Part shown: in pieces, positions 24,849 through 36,194 of the stretch | Position numbering within the stretch: position 1 is the first letter of the stretch | Layout of the letters: each line of letters opens with the position of its first letter | DNA from: Antechinus flavipes | Taxonomy: Eukaryota | Direction of reading: 5' to 3' | NCBI RefSeq assembly: GCF_016432865.1 | Contig: NC_067398.1 | Span: 352,656,001 to 352,720,000, forward strand | Length of the DNA: 64,000 nucleotides | Made by a program: the position numbers and the translations under genes | The notes under the pieces: generated by a model | Database searches by the model: none | What the model was told of the DNA's origin: nothing | What the model saw: only the letters and a program-made list of their open reading frames with translations

Positions 24849-25553
24849 TCACTGTGCTCACAATCCATATATCACAGACTCATGAATTTATATATCCAGT
24901 CCCATTTTCTCTCCTGTGTTTTAGTCTCACATAATCAACTTCATATTGGACATTTCAAACTGGCCGTTCCAGGGACATCTCACATTCACCATGCCCTAAA
25001 CTGAAAACATTATCTTTTCCCCAAACCATCTGCTCTTTCAAACTTCCATATTGCTAGTAAAAGCATCACCATTGTCCCACATAATCCAAATATTGCCCTT
25101 GATTCCTCCTTATGCATTATCCCACATATCCAGTCAGTTGACAAATATTGTTCCTCCTTCCTACAGCATTCCTCAAATCCTTTTTTCTACTGAAATTATA
25201 ATCACTTTAGTTCAGATTCTCCTCATGTGTTACTTAGATTATTCCAATGGGCTCCTTAATCTTGCCTCAAGTCCCTTACCATGCCAGTCCATTTTTCACA
25301 CTTCTGCCAAAGTGATTTTCATTAATGATAGACCTATCTTGTCAGTCCCCTACTTAATTAATTGCACTGGTTCCCTGTTATCTGCAAGACAAAATTTAAA
25401 CTCCCCTGTTTAAATTTTAAAGCTTTTCACAGAGTAGTTCCTATCTACCTTTCTAGTCTCATTGTCCTCTGTGAGCCACTACACTTTTCTTCTAGTTTCT
25501 ATATTTCATGCCTTATCTCCATCCCTCGGCACAGACTATTTTTTCTAGATAAT

Positions 25554-25750
25554 CAGTTGCTCTCAAAAAATCTTTACTCAAACAGAAAAACCTCATAAAT
25601 GTGGAATTGCATCTTAAAGAAAGGTTATATTTTCAGACATAGGGATGGATCAGTGCAAAGGCAAGCTGGGAATTATGGTTAGAAGAGAGGGACTATGTGA
25701 CTTTCAGCATGAGAACACTGGATATCAAAAAGAGAAAAGCAAAAGGGAAG
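25554..25750 (+). repeat. Unclassified dispersed repeat, copy B
   Basis: Homologous to 19985-20183 and inserted within the L2. Confidence 0.85.
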
Positions 25751-27464
25751 ATCTATAAAATTAGGGTGAGAAAGGAGTGCATTCTGGACATAATAGAATA
25801 GCCTAATAATAATAGCATAATAGAATAGATGGGTCTATCTGCAGGGCACTTCTGGACAGAAGTGTGAAGGATGCATCTCCATTTTATAGAATCCTCTTTT
25901 CTCTCCAATTATAGCTCAAGTACCACTACTTCTACACGAAGCCCCTCTTGATTTCCCCAGTGACCCAGTATTCCCCCCAATACCTTGTATTGAATTCTTT
26001 TGTATTTATTATGCATATACTTATAATGCACTTGTTATCTTCCCCCATTAGAATGTGAGCACTTTGCTAATAAAAAATTTTCATTCTTTGTGCTTTTATC
26101 TCCAGTACCTGGCATAAAGTTGGTACTTAACAACTTAACTTGATTGACCTCAGAGGCTATTTAGTCCAACCTCCTTATATTCCAGTTGAAAAGCCTGATG
26201 CCCAGGGAACTTAAGTGATTTATCTCAAATACCAATAGTTAATAACTGACAACGGAAAGATCTGAACACAGGTTTTATAATCTAAGTCTCATGACTCCAA
26301 ATCTAATGCTCTTTCCCGTGAACCTCTCGTTGTTTTTCAATTCAAGAGCAAGGGATTTTGTTGTCATTTTTTAAAACAGATCTTTGAATTCATTAATGTA
26401 GTAAAGTGCCAGTCAGGTATCTCACTCTACCAATGTAGACCAACACATGTTCTTCATCTTAGAATCTTTGAGAATTGTTCATATATTGTCTCTATTATCC
26501 CAAGCACATCATTTACCTTTTGTCCAGGACAACAGATCCAAAATATGTCAGAGGTCAAATCTGAACTCCCAATTCTCCCTGACTCTGTGGCCAATCCACA
26601 GCACTATAATATCCTGACATTTTCCCACAAGTCATCAAATACTTAAACATTAACAGCATTCAAAGCTGTTATGTTGTATTATAATGCAGCAAAAATTTAC
26701 TTTAGAATATCAAAAGTGCCCTGATTGCTTCAGTATGGCTACATCATCTGAATAGTAAACATCATAATCTTTCCATGACTTAAGACAATAAACATTTAAA
26801 AAATTTTTAACATCTACTAAAGTTTTGGTGGTAATAAACACATAAGTGCTTCTAATTGTATTGTTCTTCAGCAAGATAAGAGAAACAGATATAAAGAAAT
26901 GTTTGACTGTCATATTTTTTGTGATAATCTATTTTAATTTGTTTTATAATTTGTGGTTAAAATTATTCATTTGTTTGAAAAATGGAAAAAGTGGTAAATT
27001 AGAAAGAATGTTAAGAATTTTCTTCCCCTTTCTCGGTCAAGTCTAAAACAAAAGCAAATCAACGATGCTTCAAATGACTTTAAAAGTTGCTAAGATTTTT
27101 GTTAATTTAAATGATTTTTTTTCTACTCTAAATTATTTTTCTATTCCTTAGGAGCCAAACCAATATAATAATTCATGATATTTGAATATTTTCTATCTTG
27201 ATTTTGAGTCATTTCTTGATATATGTAGATAATTTTAATACATTTGTTTGTGGCAAAACTCTTCCAAATACAATTTCATCACAGAAATTAAGCAGAAGAA
27301 ACTTGTTTCTAATTTCTTTTTTTTTTATAAATATATCTATTACTTAAAAGCAACAATTAACTTTGAAAGATAGAAATGTTGGAGAAAGGGAAGAAATATA
27401 AGTGACTCAATGAACTCTTGGGAAACAGAAACAAATTGAATTTAGCAAAAGATTATTCTATAAA

Positions 27465-27785
27465 TTCAATCCATTCTCCAATTGATAAATGGTCAAAGGA
27501 TATGAACAGACAATTTTTAGATGAAGAAATTGAAACTATTTCTAGTCATATAAAAAGATGATGTAAATCACTATTGATCAGAGAAATGCAATTTAAGAGA
27601 ACTCTGAGATACCACTACATACTTCTCAGATTGGGTAAGATGACAGGAAAAGATAATGATGAATGTTGGAGGGGATGTGGGAAAACTGGGACACTGATAC
27701 ATTGTTGATGGAATTGTGAACAGATCCAACCATTCTTGAGAGCAATGTGGAATTATGCCCAAAGGTCTATCAAACTGTGCCTATC
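27465..27785 (+). mobile_element. L1 ORF2 C-terminal fragment (dead)
   Basis: Translates SPIDKWSKDMNRQF...LLIREMQ...CWRGCGKTGTLIHC*WNC, the L1 ORF2p cysteine-rich domain, with stops. Confidence 0.92.
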
Positions 27786-28384
27786 TTTCCCCGCTTCCCC
27801 TACACCCTAAAAAGCTTTAATAAAAAAGATTATTCTATAAATTTATCTTTATATCACATTAATGTGATCTTAGTTTTATTTTATAGAGCAAACAACTACA
27901 TAAATCATACAAATGTACAGCCTACATACAGTAATATGGAATAACTAGATGCTGCCCTGAGAAGCCTCTGAATACATACTTTATACTTATTCTAAAAATG
28001 TTCCTTCACTTCTTTTTGAAATAAAAACTTTTTTTTTCAATCTGGAAAATTGATAAATGAATAAGAAAAAAATATAGTCTTCATATTATAATGATTTTTA
28101 TTCTCTCCCTTCTCAGCAAGCCATTGTATATTATGATTACTTATTAGTAATAGGAATCTTGAAATATCTTCAGATTCAGAAGATCTGACTTGGGAGTCTT
28201 ATTTCTGCTCCTGAAACTAGGAAAGACTGAGTTACTTAAAGTCATATAGCAATTAAGGTAGAAGGCCCCTAACTCAGGCCTTCTGAATCCAAAGATATTT
28301 ATTGTATTTTAAATTATTAGAGACCTAATAATTTAAACCTGCATTAAGACATTGGGATACTTGAACAACTGTCCATTGTTGTTG

Positions 28385-28635
28385 TACTAGAACTTCATAT
28401 CTTGCCTTGGCTACAAATACAGTAGCAACTCACAGTCCTAATCCCAATAGGGACTGGCACAAAACCTTTAACTGACTTAATTTTTCCTACCCAGACCAAT
28501 TCACTTCCCCTTAGGCAGAAGCTTACCATGTTATGTGGAATACCCAATCAATTTTAAGCTAACTCTGATTCAAAACAATTGAACTCAAGTGATGCACCAG
28601 CCTTAGCCTCCCAAAATCAGAGACTATGATATAGG
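28385..28635 (-). mobile_element. 7SL-derived SINE or retrocopy (P7SL-like), degenerate
   Basis: Antisense Alu-domain gaactcaagtgatgcaccagccttagcctccc and S-domain remnants ccccttaggca and gcaactcacagtcctaatccca, with an internal deletion. Confidence 0.75.
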
Positions 28636-28639
28636 TTCC

Positions 28640-29640
28640 TTTAATATATCATTTAGCAATGGGTCAAAAATCACAACTCTCAGTTGTTTCAGCAACTTAG
28701 GATCTTGTACTTTTTTGATCTGTGATTTTAATCCATTAAGTGTAGTGAAATACTCTCCTACCATCTTGGTACATCTCCTATCATTATCTTGCATTAAAAT
28801 TCTTTATTGGTCATTTTTGTTCTCTCCTCAGTCCAAAAATTCTCCTTGTCAGAGAAAACAGAAGTAAAAAAGCAGCCATAATACTCTGTCTTCTCTGTGT
28901 CACCTATCACCATCCCATCCATTTTGAGTAGTGGTACTATCTTTTCTCTGACCCTCCTTCTCAACAGAGCTTAAAGTTTAAAAATATCTTTCTTTTATCT
29001 TTAGCTTTCCTTATTTGCCTCAGTTTACTCTGGACCTCGGTGCTTCTCCTTTACTTTTTACAGAGCCATGCCACATTTTGGTATTCCTCCTCTATTACCT
29101 GTCTAGGATAACAATTTTCTCTGTTTAAAAACTTTGGTCTCTTTTGACAACTCCCTCTTTTCATCTATATCAGGACTGTTTCCTTTTTTCTTTTGAGAAC
29201 TTCATTATTAAAAGCTTGGGCTGAACTTCCCCTACATTATTTTAGCTTGTCTACACATGCATCAAATGATACTTGGCTTTCCTCTCCTTTTTTCTTTTTT
29301 TAAGACTGCATCGGTCACTTTCCCCCCAAGTTCCTATCCTTTTCATGCTAGCATGACGTTGCTAGCATGGTCAAAACTAGACCCATAATATCAGTTCAAC
29401 TCATTGGTTTTTCTACCTTTTGAAGAAGGAAATCACCATTAAGGCAAGTCAAGAACTTCTAAGCTCTCTGATTTTGGACACTGAAGTCATCAGTAGATAT
29501 TTGGATAATGGAAATATTCAGCCTATCACTACTATACCATGTCTCCATGCCAGACTTTTCATTTGTTTTCCAGACTCCTCATCTCTGTTCTCTTCCTATC
29601 CAAGTGGTCCTTATTAAACACAGATGAAAGAAGGATTTCT
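28640..29640 (-). mobile_element. CR1/L3 ORF2 fragment (endonuclease and linker)
   Basis: Minus frame KFLTCLNGDFLLQKVEKPMS*TDIMGLVLT resembles the CR1 APE domain. The piece ends in HPKLLKQLRVVIFDPL, similar to HPRVLKELADVIAEPL. Confidence 0.8.
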
Positions 29641-29929
29641 GTTTCTGCTTATATTGATGTTTCCCCAAATGTTCTTTATCATTTTTGGTCTTAGATTTGG
29701 TCTTGTACAATGCTATCCCTAATCTTTTAAAATTCTATTTAAACAAGGTTTAACCTTCCAGAAGTATAGTCTAATCATAGTTCACATAGCTAATTTGTGC
29801 AAAACTAACAGCTGCTATTCCTTCTAACTGCTGCTGCTGTTGCTGCTACTACTACTACAACAACTAGGACTAATATTACTACTAGTAGTAGTTCTACCAC
29901 CATCATCACTATCACCACTACCTACCTAC

Positions 29930-30185
29930 CTAACATTATACAATGTTTACTTTATGACAGGCACTTAGCTAAGCACTTCAAATTTTTTTCTTATTTGATC
30001 CTCATAATAACCATGGAAAATAGATACTATTGTGGTATCCATTTTACAGATGGGAAAACTAAGGTAAACAGAAGTTAAGTGAGCTGTCCAATGTCTCACA
30101 GCTAGCAAATATCTGAAGCTGGATCTTAATTCAGGTATTTCTGACTACAAGCTAGCATCCCATCCACTGCATCACCTTTGCTGCC
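29930..30185 (-). mobile_element. MIR-family SINE, preceded by CTG/CTA/CAC trinucleotide tail expansion (about 29825-29930)
   Basis: ccattttacagatgggaaaactaaggtaaacagaagttaagtga. Confidence 0.8.
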
Positions 30186-30289
30186 ACAAAATGTAAGCAG
30201 TCTTTGATTTATGATAGATTGAATGGTGAGGTTCTATGTAAGAGCTTGATTTAACCTATCCTCACCCAACACTCATCAATTTATAGCAT

Positions 30290-30540
30290 CCTTGCCATCT
30301 TCTCCAGGTACCAAGTGGTATGCAAGTTCTGAGAAGATAATAGGATCATGCAACATCAACTAAAGTGTTCATAAAAGACTTGATTCATTACAAATCTTAT
30401 TCTACTCAGGATTATAAAATTATAGGATCATGATCAACTTTTATGCCTAGGTTGGGACTTAATGTTCCAGATGTTGTCTGATCAGTATGAAGTAAAATGG
30501 GACTGTTCTTTCCCTTGATCTAGACACTATTCTTCCATTA
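30290..30540 (-). mobile_element. CR1/L3 3' fragment
   Basis: tgttccagatgttgtctgatcagtatgaagtaaaatgggact...tcccttgatctagacacta. Confidence 0.65.
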
Positions 30541-30724
30541 GACCAGTCAATCAGCATTTATCAAGCATCTCCTATGTGTCAGAAACTGTCCTAGCTGCTG
30601 GGGATACAAATTTTAAAAATGAAACAATTCCAATTCTTTAAGCATTCTATAAGAAATAACATCTCTATCTATCTGAATATGACATACAAGTACATATTAA
30701 ATAGATATAAAATGAATACTAAAT

Positions 30725-31137
30725 AGCTAGATGTCATCACAGAGAGAGTGCTGGGCCTGGAGTCAGGAAGATTCATCTTTCTGAGTTAAATCTAACCTCA
30801 CAAAGACACTGAATATAAATCAACACATGTTATGTTCACTTTTTTTCTGTTTTTTTTTTTTTATCTCTCCTATGTTTTTTTTTCTCTGATTTTTTTCTCC
30901 TAACATGATTCATAAAGTAATGTGTGAAAAAAATAAATAAAATCTGATTTCAGGCATTTATTACACATGTGATCCTGGACAACCAGGTAACCCTCTTTGC
31001 CTCGGTCTCCTCATCCATAAAATAAGCTGGAGAAGGAAATGACAAATCATTCCAGCATATTTGCCAAGAAAACACCAAATAAGATAATAAAGAGTCAGTC
31101 ATGAAGAATTGGACTGAAAATGACTGAACAACAACAT
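30725..31137 (+). mobile_element. MAR1-like SINE split by an L1 insertion
   Basis: Head ctgggcctggagtcaggaagattcatc, tail gagaaggaaatgacaaatc...gactgaaaatgactgaacaacaac. Confidence 0.85.
30803..30939 (+). mobile_element. 5'-truncated L1 3' end with TSD
   Basis: caacacatgttatgttcacttttt...aacatgattcataaagtaatgtg plus A tail. TSD aaatctaacctca / aaatctgatttca, 10/13 identical. Confidence 0.7.
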
Positions 31138-31699
31138 AAAATAACTACAAGGTAGCTAGATACTAGTTAATTATGAAGAGATTTGGGGGAAATCAGTAAA
31201 GGCTTGGCATAGAAGGTAGGGCTTGGGTTGCATTTTGAAGAAAATAAAGAATTGCATAAGATAAAGGTCATCAGAGCGAGCTTTGCAGGTGCAGAATGAC
31301 TATTGCAAAGACATCAAGATAAGTTAGAATGCCAGGCATGAGAAATGAAAAGAAGACTGATTGTCTGGATTGTAGAGTACTAAAAAAAAAAAGGGTGATG
31401 CATAATAAAACTAGAGAGATAGGTTAGGGACAGGTTGTGAAGGACTTTACAAACCAAACAGAGGAAATGATATTTGATCCTGGAGGCAAAAGGGAGACAC
31501 CAGAACTTATTGTATAAGAGAGTGACATGGCCAAATCTATGCCTTATGAAAATCTATTTGGCAGTCTTTGTAGAAGAGAGAGTAGGATGCAGTGGGAAGA
31601 GACTTAAGGAAGGGAGATCAATGAAGAGGTCACTGTAATAATCTAGGTTATGGAGACCAGGATTAAAGCAATAGCTGTGTGATTCAGACTACAATAAAC

Positions 31700-32000
31700 T
31701 CTCTTGGTAGTCCCATTACATTTTTGTATCATTGAGTTCATATGAAATCAAACCTCCGTCACAGGAACAGCTATCAATCCAGGTACTTTTCATCCTATGG
31801 GTGAAATTGACTTTTAAATGTAAATGTTTGACTTTTCATTTATCATGTTAAATGAAATCTTGTTGGGTTTGGTGAATTTTTCTATTCTATCAAGATAATT
31901 CTGATTCTATCATTCAAAATATGAGCTACTCCTCCCAGCTATGAATCACGCACAAACCTGATAAGCTTACTTTCTGCATTTTAATTCCCTTGTCAGTTCT
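31700..32000 (-). mobile_element. CR1/L3 RT fragment
   Basis: aaatgtttgacttttcatttatc...cctcccagctatgaatcacgcacaaacctgataagc. Confidence 0.65.
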
Positions 32001-32929
32001 TAGACTTCACATTTTCCTCCATGATTCCCTCTTGGAAAGATGACAAAGACAAAAATATGCACAAGTAGGGAAGGGGAAGTTCACCCCCTCAGGGATCTAG
32101 AGATCTTTTCTTTTTCTTCAGACATTTCACTACCTCTTGCTCCAGAGAATCCTTGAATTTAAGAAAACTAATATTGACATTCTATCAGTCCTTGAGTTCT
32201 ACCAAAAAGTATAGCTCCTTAAAGACCAGGGCATCTCATTAATGTGCCAATGGATCCATTTGCACAGCTTTTAATCATTCCATTAAATTCTCACAATGCT
32301 CAAGGATTCCAAGCTCAGCTTATAGCTGTGCTATTGTTTCCAACTCTATCACTTTCTAACTCTCTAATTTCATCAGCTATAGAAGTAACCACATGTTTCC
32401 TTGTTCTCTTCTTGAATCTTCTTGAAAGGTAAACCTTTGATAATCCCTGGTGGTTAGGCTTCTCCAATCTAGCCTAGTTGCAGATCTTGCTTATTTATGT
32501 TCGTTCATCCTCTTGGCATCATTATTCTCCTTCCTTAACTGTCTTGGGTTGACAGGGCCACCTTTTGTTCTGGGCTCTACAAATTATGCTATCACTATTG
32601 CCTTTGGGCTCTTTCCTGGGGCAGAACTTTACCTCAGCACAATGGTTTCAAAAACTGAGTTGCGGATGGATCAAAGAGCTACCTTCAGGGCTAAATTATC
32701 TTGCACACCAGCTCTATTCTTGGTGCCAAGTCACTGATAAAAATAATGAATAGTATAAGACCAAAAAGAGTACCAGAGTTATGACAGTAGGATCTCACCT
32801 CTAGGTTTTCATGGATCCATTAATTTATATTCTTTGCATGTGTTTATCCAGCTATTTGGAAATGTATCTAACTGTATAATTATCTAGTCCATCTTGACCA
32901 TAAGGATATCATGAGCCATTATGATAAAT

Positions 32930-33240
32930 GCTTTAAGAACTTTGGTCTTCCTGACTCTAATGAGATCAAGATAAACTATGGTATTCTCTTGAACTATCAG
33001 CCCAGTATGTGAATTTCTTTTTTATATTGGGTTAATTTGGCATAATTTATTCTTAGAGAGACCATGCTAGTTCCTAGTAATCCCTGTCATCTTTCTAAAA
33101 GGTTCACAAACGTATTTTTAATTGTAGATTTTAATAGACATCAACATCAAACTGACTGATCTAAAGTTATCAGAATCTCTTGTTGTTCCTTTAAAAAAAA
33201 AAAAACCCTAACATTTGCCTGTCTTCATATTTATGTTCAA
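32930..33240 (-). mobile_element. CR1/L3 RT N-terminal fragment
   Basis: Minus frames FKGTTRDSDNFRSVSL and GITRN*HGLSKNKLCQINPI resemble CR1 YRPVSL and QHGFTKNKSCQTNLI. Confidence 0.75.
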
Positions 33241-33629
33241 CAGAGAACTCCCCATTAATTTAAATTGGTTTCTTTAGTTGACTCCCTTTTTTCTTTCATA
33301 TCTGGATTATTCTTGATTTAGTAGTTAGAATTTCATGTTGACAGCAACCATGATCCTTTACTTGACACACCTATATTAAAATCAACAATGAATCTGACAT
33401 TTTTCTTCCCACTAATCGACCAGTTATTAACTAAGGTGACTGAAAAAATGGATTTGGAATTTCTGTCTTCCTGTTCTGGCTTTTTTGGCATGGTACAGGC
33501 AGCATCTTATTACCATTTCATTTAGGTTTCTACATTCTGAGTTCATAAGTTTGTTTAATGGTGAGGAAAAAAAAAAAAAAACAAACCTTTTTTCCTTTAG
33601 GAGGGAAAGAGGAGAAGGAAACAAGTACT

Positions 33630-33870
33630 TACGAAGTGTCAATTGTATTAAGCACCCATATCTACTAAGCCCCTTTACTATATGCTTTTACAAATATTTC
33701 ATTTGCTCCTCACAGCAATCCTGGAATCTAAGTACTATTTTTTTATCGCCATCATATAGTATAATAAACTAATCCAAAGAGAGAGTCACATAGCTACTAA
33801 GTGTCTGTGGCTATGTTTGAATTTGGTATTCCTGACTCTAAGTTCAGGACTCTAACCATTGTACCATACA
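33630..33870 (-). mobile_element. MIR-family SINE
   Basis: tgctttacaaatatttcatttgctcctcacagcaatcctgg...agtcacatagctactaagtgtctg. Confidence 0.75.
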
Positions 33871-35829
33871 CTATACCTACCTCCCAATGGCTACTATTAT
33901 ATTTTCTCTGCTTTTTCCTTCTTTATTTCCCTAAGAGAATATTATAAAAGCCATGTATCTAAAAAGCTGTACTACTGCAAACTGCCAGATCTTTAGCCAA
34001 TAAATTCAAAAATTAGAATAATCCAGTTCAAAATACTCCCACTTTAGCTGTCAATCCCTTAATCTTTAAAATGCAGAATCTGGGTCTAGTGAACTAGCGT
34101 TTAGGTTAATGAAACTGACATTAAATTTGGGCATTAAAAACAATCAGATATTTTTATTTTTTCTGTATTTTAATTTTTTTTGTTTAGTTCATTTCTACTT
34201 TCCCCAAACAGCCAATAAACCAAAAAAAAAAAAAAAAAAGCAAATCTTAGGACAGCACTACAAATTAACTTTTCATTTATTCAAATGACTTAAGTAGCTG
34301 AAGAGGAATATCAATTTCTAAAAGTTTTCCTTTCCTGTCAAGTCAAACATGTTTGTCTCCAAGAGGGAGGGAAAAGCTGATGAGGAGGAGGAATTGTCAT
34401 TTGCTCAAGTTTTTGACAGTTTCCTTTTATCCTTTGTTGGCAACTACTAGAACAGGCTCATCCAGTTTTGTGCTCCTTTTGAAAGCAATGATGTAAAAAC
34501 TCAAGTGGAGTGTGCATAGTAGATTTCAGGGAAAAGAAAGCTTATTAATATTGAATTATTCAATCATGAATGAAATATGTTTTTAACTCTGTAAGATTCT
34601 CTTTTTTTGCAGCATGAAGGTCTGATTTCATAGGGAGGAAGAGAAAACATTTAGAGAATATGTACAACTGTTTGGAGGCAAATGCCACAAATGACATGCA
34701 GCCAGTTATCATTTTGTCCATTCTATTTAGACTTAGAACAGCTTTGTTATTGTGATTTATGGATGCTGAATAGCTTACTAAAAATCACAGCTTGGCTAGT
34801 ACAATAAACCCATGCCCCAAAATATAGAATTGTAAAATCCAGCATCAATTTATTTAAAAGTTTTCATTTATCACTTTTCAAAGTTCAGATCATCAAAATC
34901 TGACTCATACTGAGCTCTACTTTAGGCTGACAAACTGCTGCTTCCTGAGGGAAAGGGGACGCTGCTTCTCAAAAGTAGTGACCTATATGTCACTTCTGTT
35001 GTTTATAACGATGATGGAACAGACCTTTCTTTTTGGCCTGATGACATCTCATCTGAGCACCTGCAGGGTCATGAGACTAATTTTAGCTCTGGATAGAAAC
35101 AGCTGGCACTGATCTCTCAGGTAGGAGACATTTATCAGAAGTTGCTTTCACTGAGAAGAAATTCTCTGCCTTTTAAATGGAGTATTTTCCTTACCGTGGG
35201 CTTACGTTTCAGACTCTCATTGATACTGTAACTGAGAAGTTATTTGAATGAGGCTTAACACATTCTGACCCCTCGAATCAAAATAAAAGATGCTGCATTT
35301 AATTCAAAACAGGAGCAAATGCGTCTTTTCATAAAAGTGGGAAATAAATATTACTCCTGAGTTTTGTTTCATCTAGTGAAATGTGCAACTGACTCTTCTG
35401 CCTCAATCTCATTTTCTCACCGAAGATCAGATCAGAGACATTTTATTTCTAATTAACATCCCACCAAATTGAAGGAAGTTGGCGTTACACTACTTTTTTT
35501 TTGTAAGAAACTAAACAAACCCAGCTGTTTGAAATGCAAATATCCCACAAAAGCCTACAAGTAAGTTTCCAGCTGCTGCGTGCCCTGAATGCCAACGCCT
35601 TCTCCCAGTCCGACTGGAAACCGCGCGTTTCCAGGCTGCCACGCCAAGCCTGAGAATTGCAGAAAACCGGCAGCTGTCTGCTTCTTTGCAGGCCCACAGC
35701 ACCTCTGTCTCCACGTCTCACTTCCCCCCTGCCCGGCTACCCAGCTGGTTGGCGCGTCTACGCTGAACAGGGGAAGAGCGATTCCAGCCATCGCAACCTC
35801 TCAGCGGCTGCCGGGCTTCCCCAACTCAC

Positions 35830-36100
35830 CAGCGTGCGAAGTTTCCTTTGCTTGCAGAGGGATGGGTGTCGGGTTTCACAACCGGCTCCCTTTCCCCTTC
35901 ACTGAGGAGTATTACAGCTGTGCAGTTTTCCCGGGTTTGACCACAGCAGTAAAAACAGTTGGGTTTTTAGCAGGCGACAGTCATGGGGGCTGGGGGGAAT
36001 GGGTAGCTGTTTTTTGAATCTCGAGATACAGTCTGGCTTTCTCTCCCAGACCTTGTCCGGCAAGACTGGGAGTTGCAGTTTTACAGAGGCACCACCCACC
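35830..36100 (-). other. Candidate alternative first exon (left end is the donor; 5' end unknown)
   Basis: CTG|GTGAGT donor at 35830/35829. Contains only short uORFs (e.g. MTVAC*). Confidence 0.4.
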
Positions 36101-36194
36101 CCCTTGAAGTCGGACTGAAGCTGCTTCTATCTGAAAGGTTTGTATGAAAAGAAGGCGTGCCTCCAGAGCCTTAACAAGGATATGAGGAACTCAC

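Larger units (their letters stand above)
24490..26140 (+). mobile_element. L2 (RT end to 3' terminus), interrupted by MAR1 and the unclassified repeat
   Basis: tatatatccagtccc...ggacatctcacattcacc...gccaaagtgattttc...tagaatgtgagcac...cctggcataaag. Confidence 0.8.
30540..31690 (-). mobile_element. L2 (antisense), host of nested MAR1 and L1
   Basis: cagtcaatcagcatttatcaagcatctcctatgtgtcag...; resumes at 31140 with ggcttggcatagaaggtaggg...tgatcctggaggc. Confidence 0.8.

Noticed and set aside
27571-27944. ORFs over the L1 fragment
   Set aside because: They are off-frame or antisense shadows of a dead L1 ORF2.
32737-32800. Apparent 64-nt GT-AG mini-intron on the minus strand
   Set aside because: It is below the usual vertebrate intron size and the downstream frame is full of stops.
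35589-36017. Longest ORF in the track (142 aa, plus strand) and the overlapping minus-strand ORFs
   Set aside because: Long ORFs are expected in GC-rich, stop-poor island DNA. There is no recognisable domain, and the ORF begins just inside the putative plus-strand intron.
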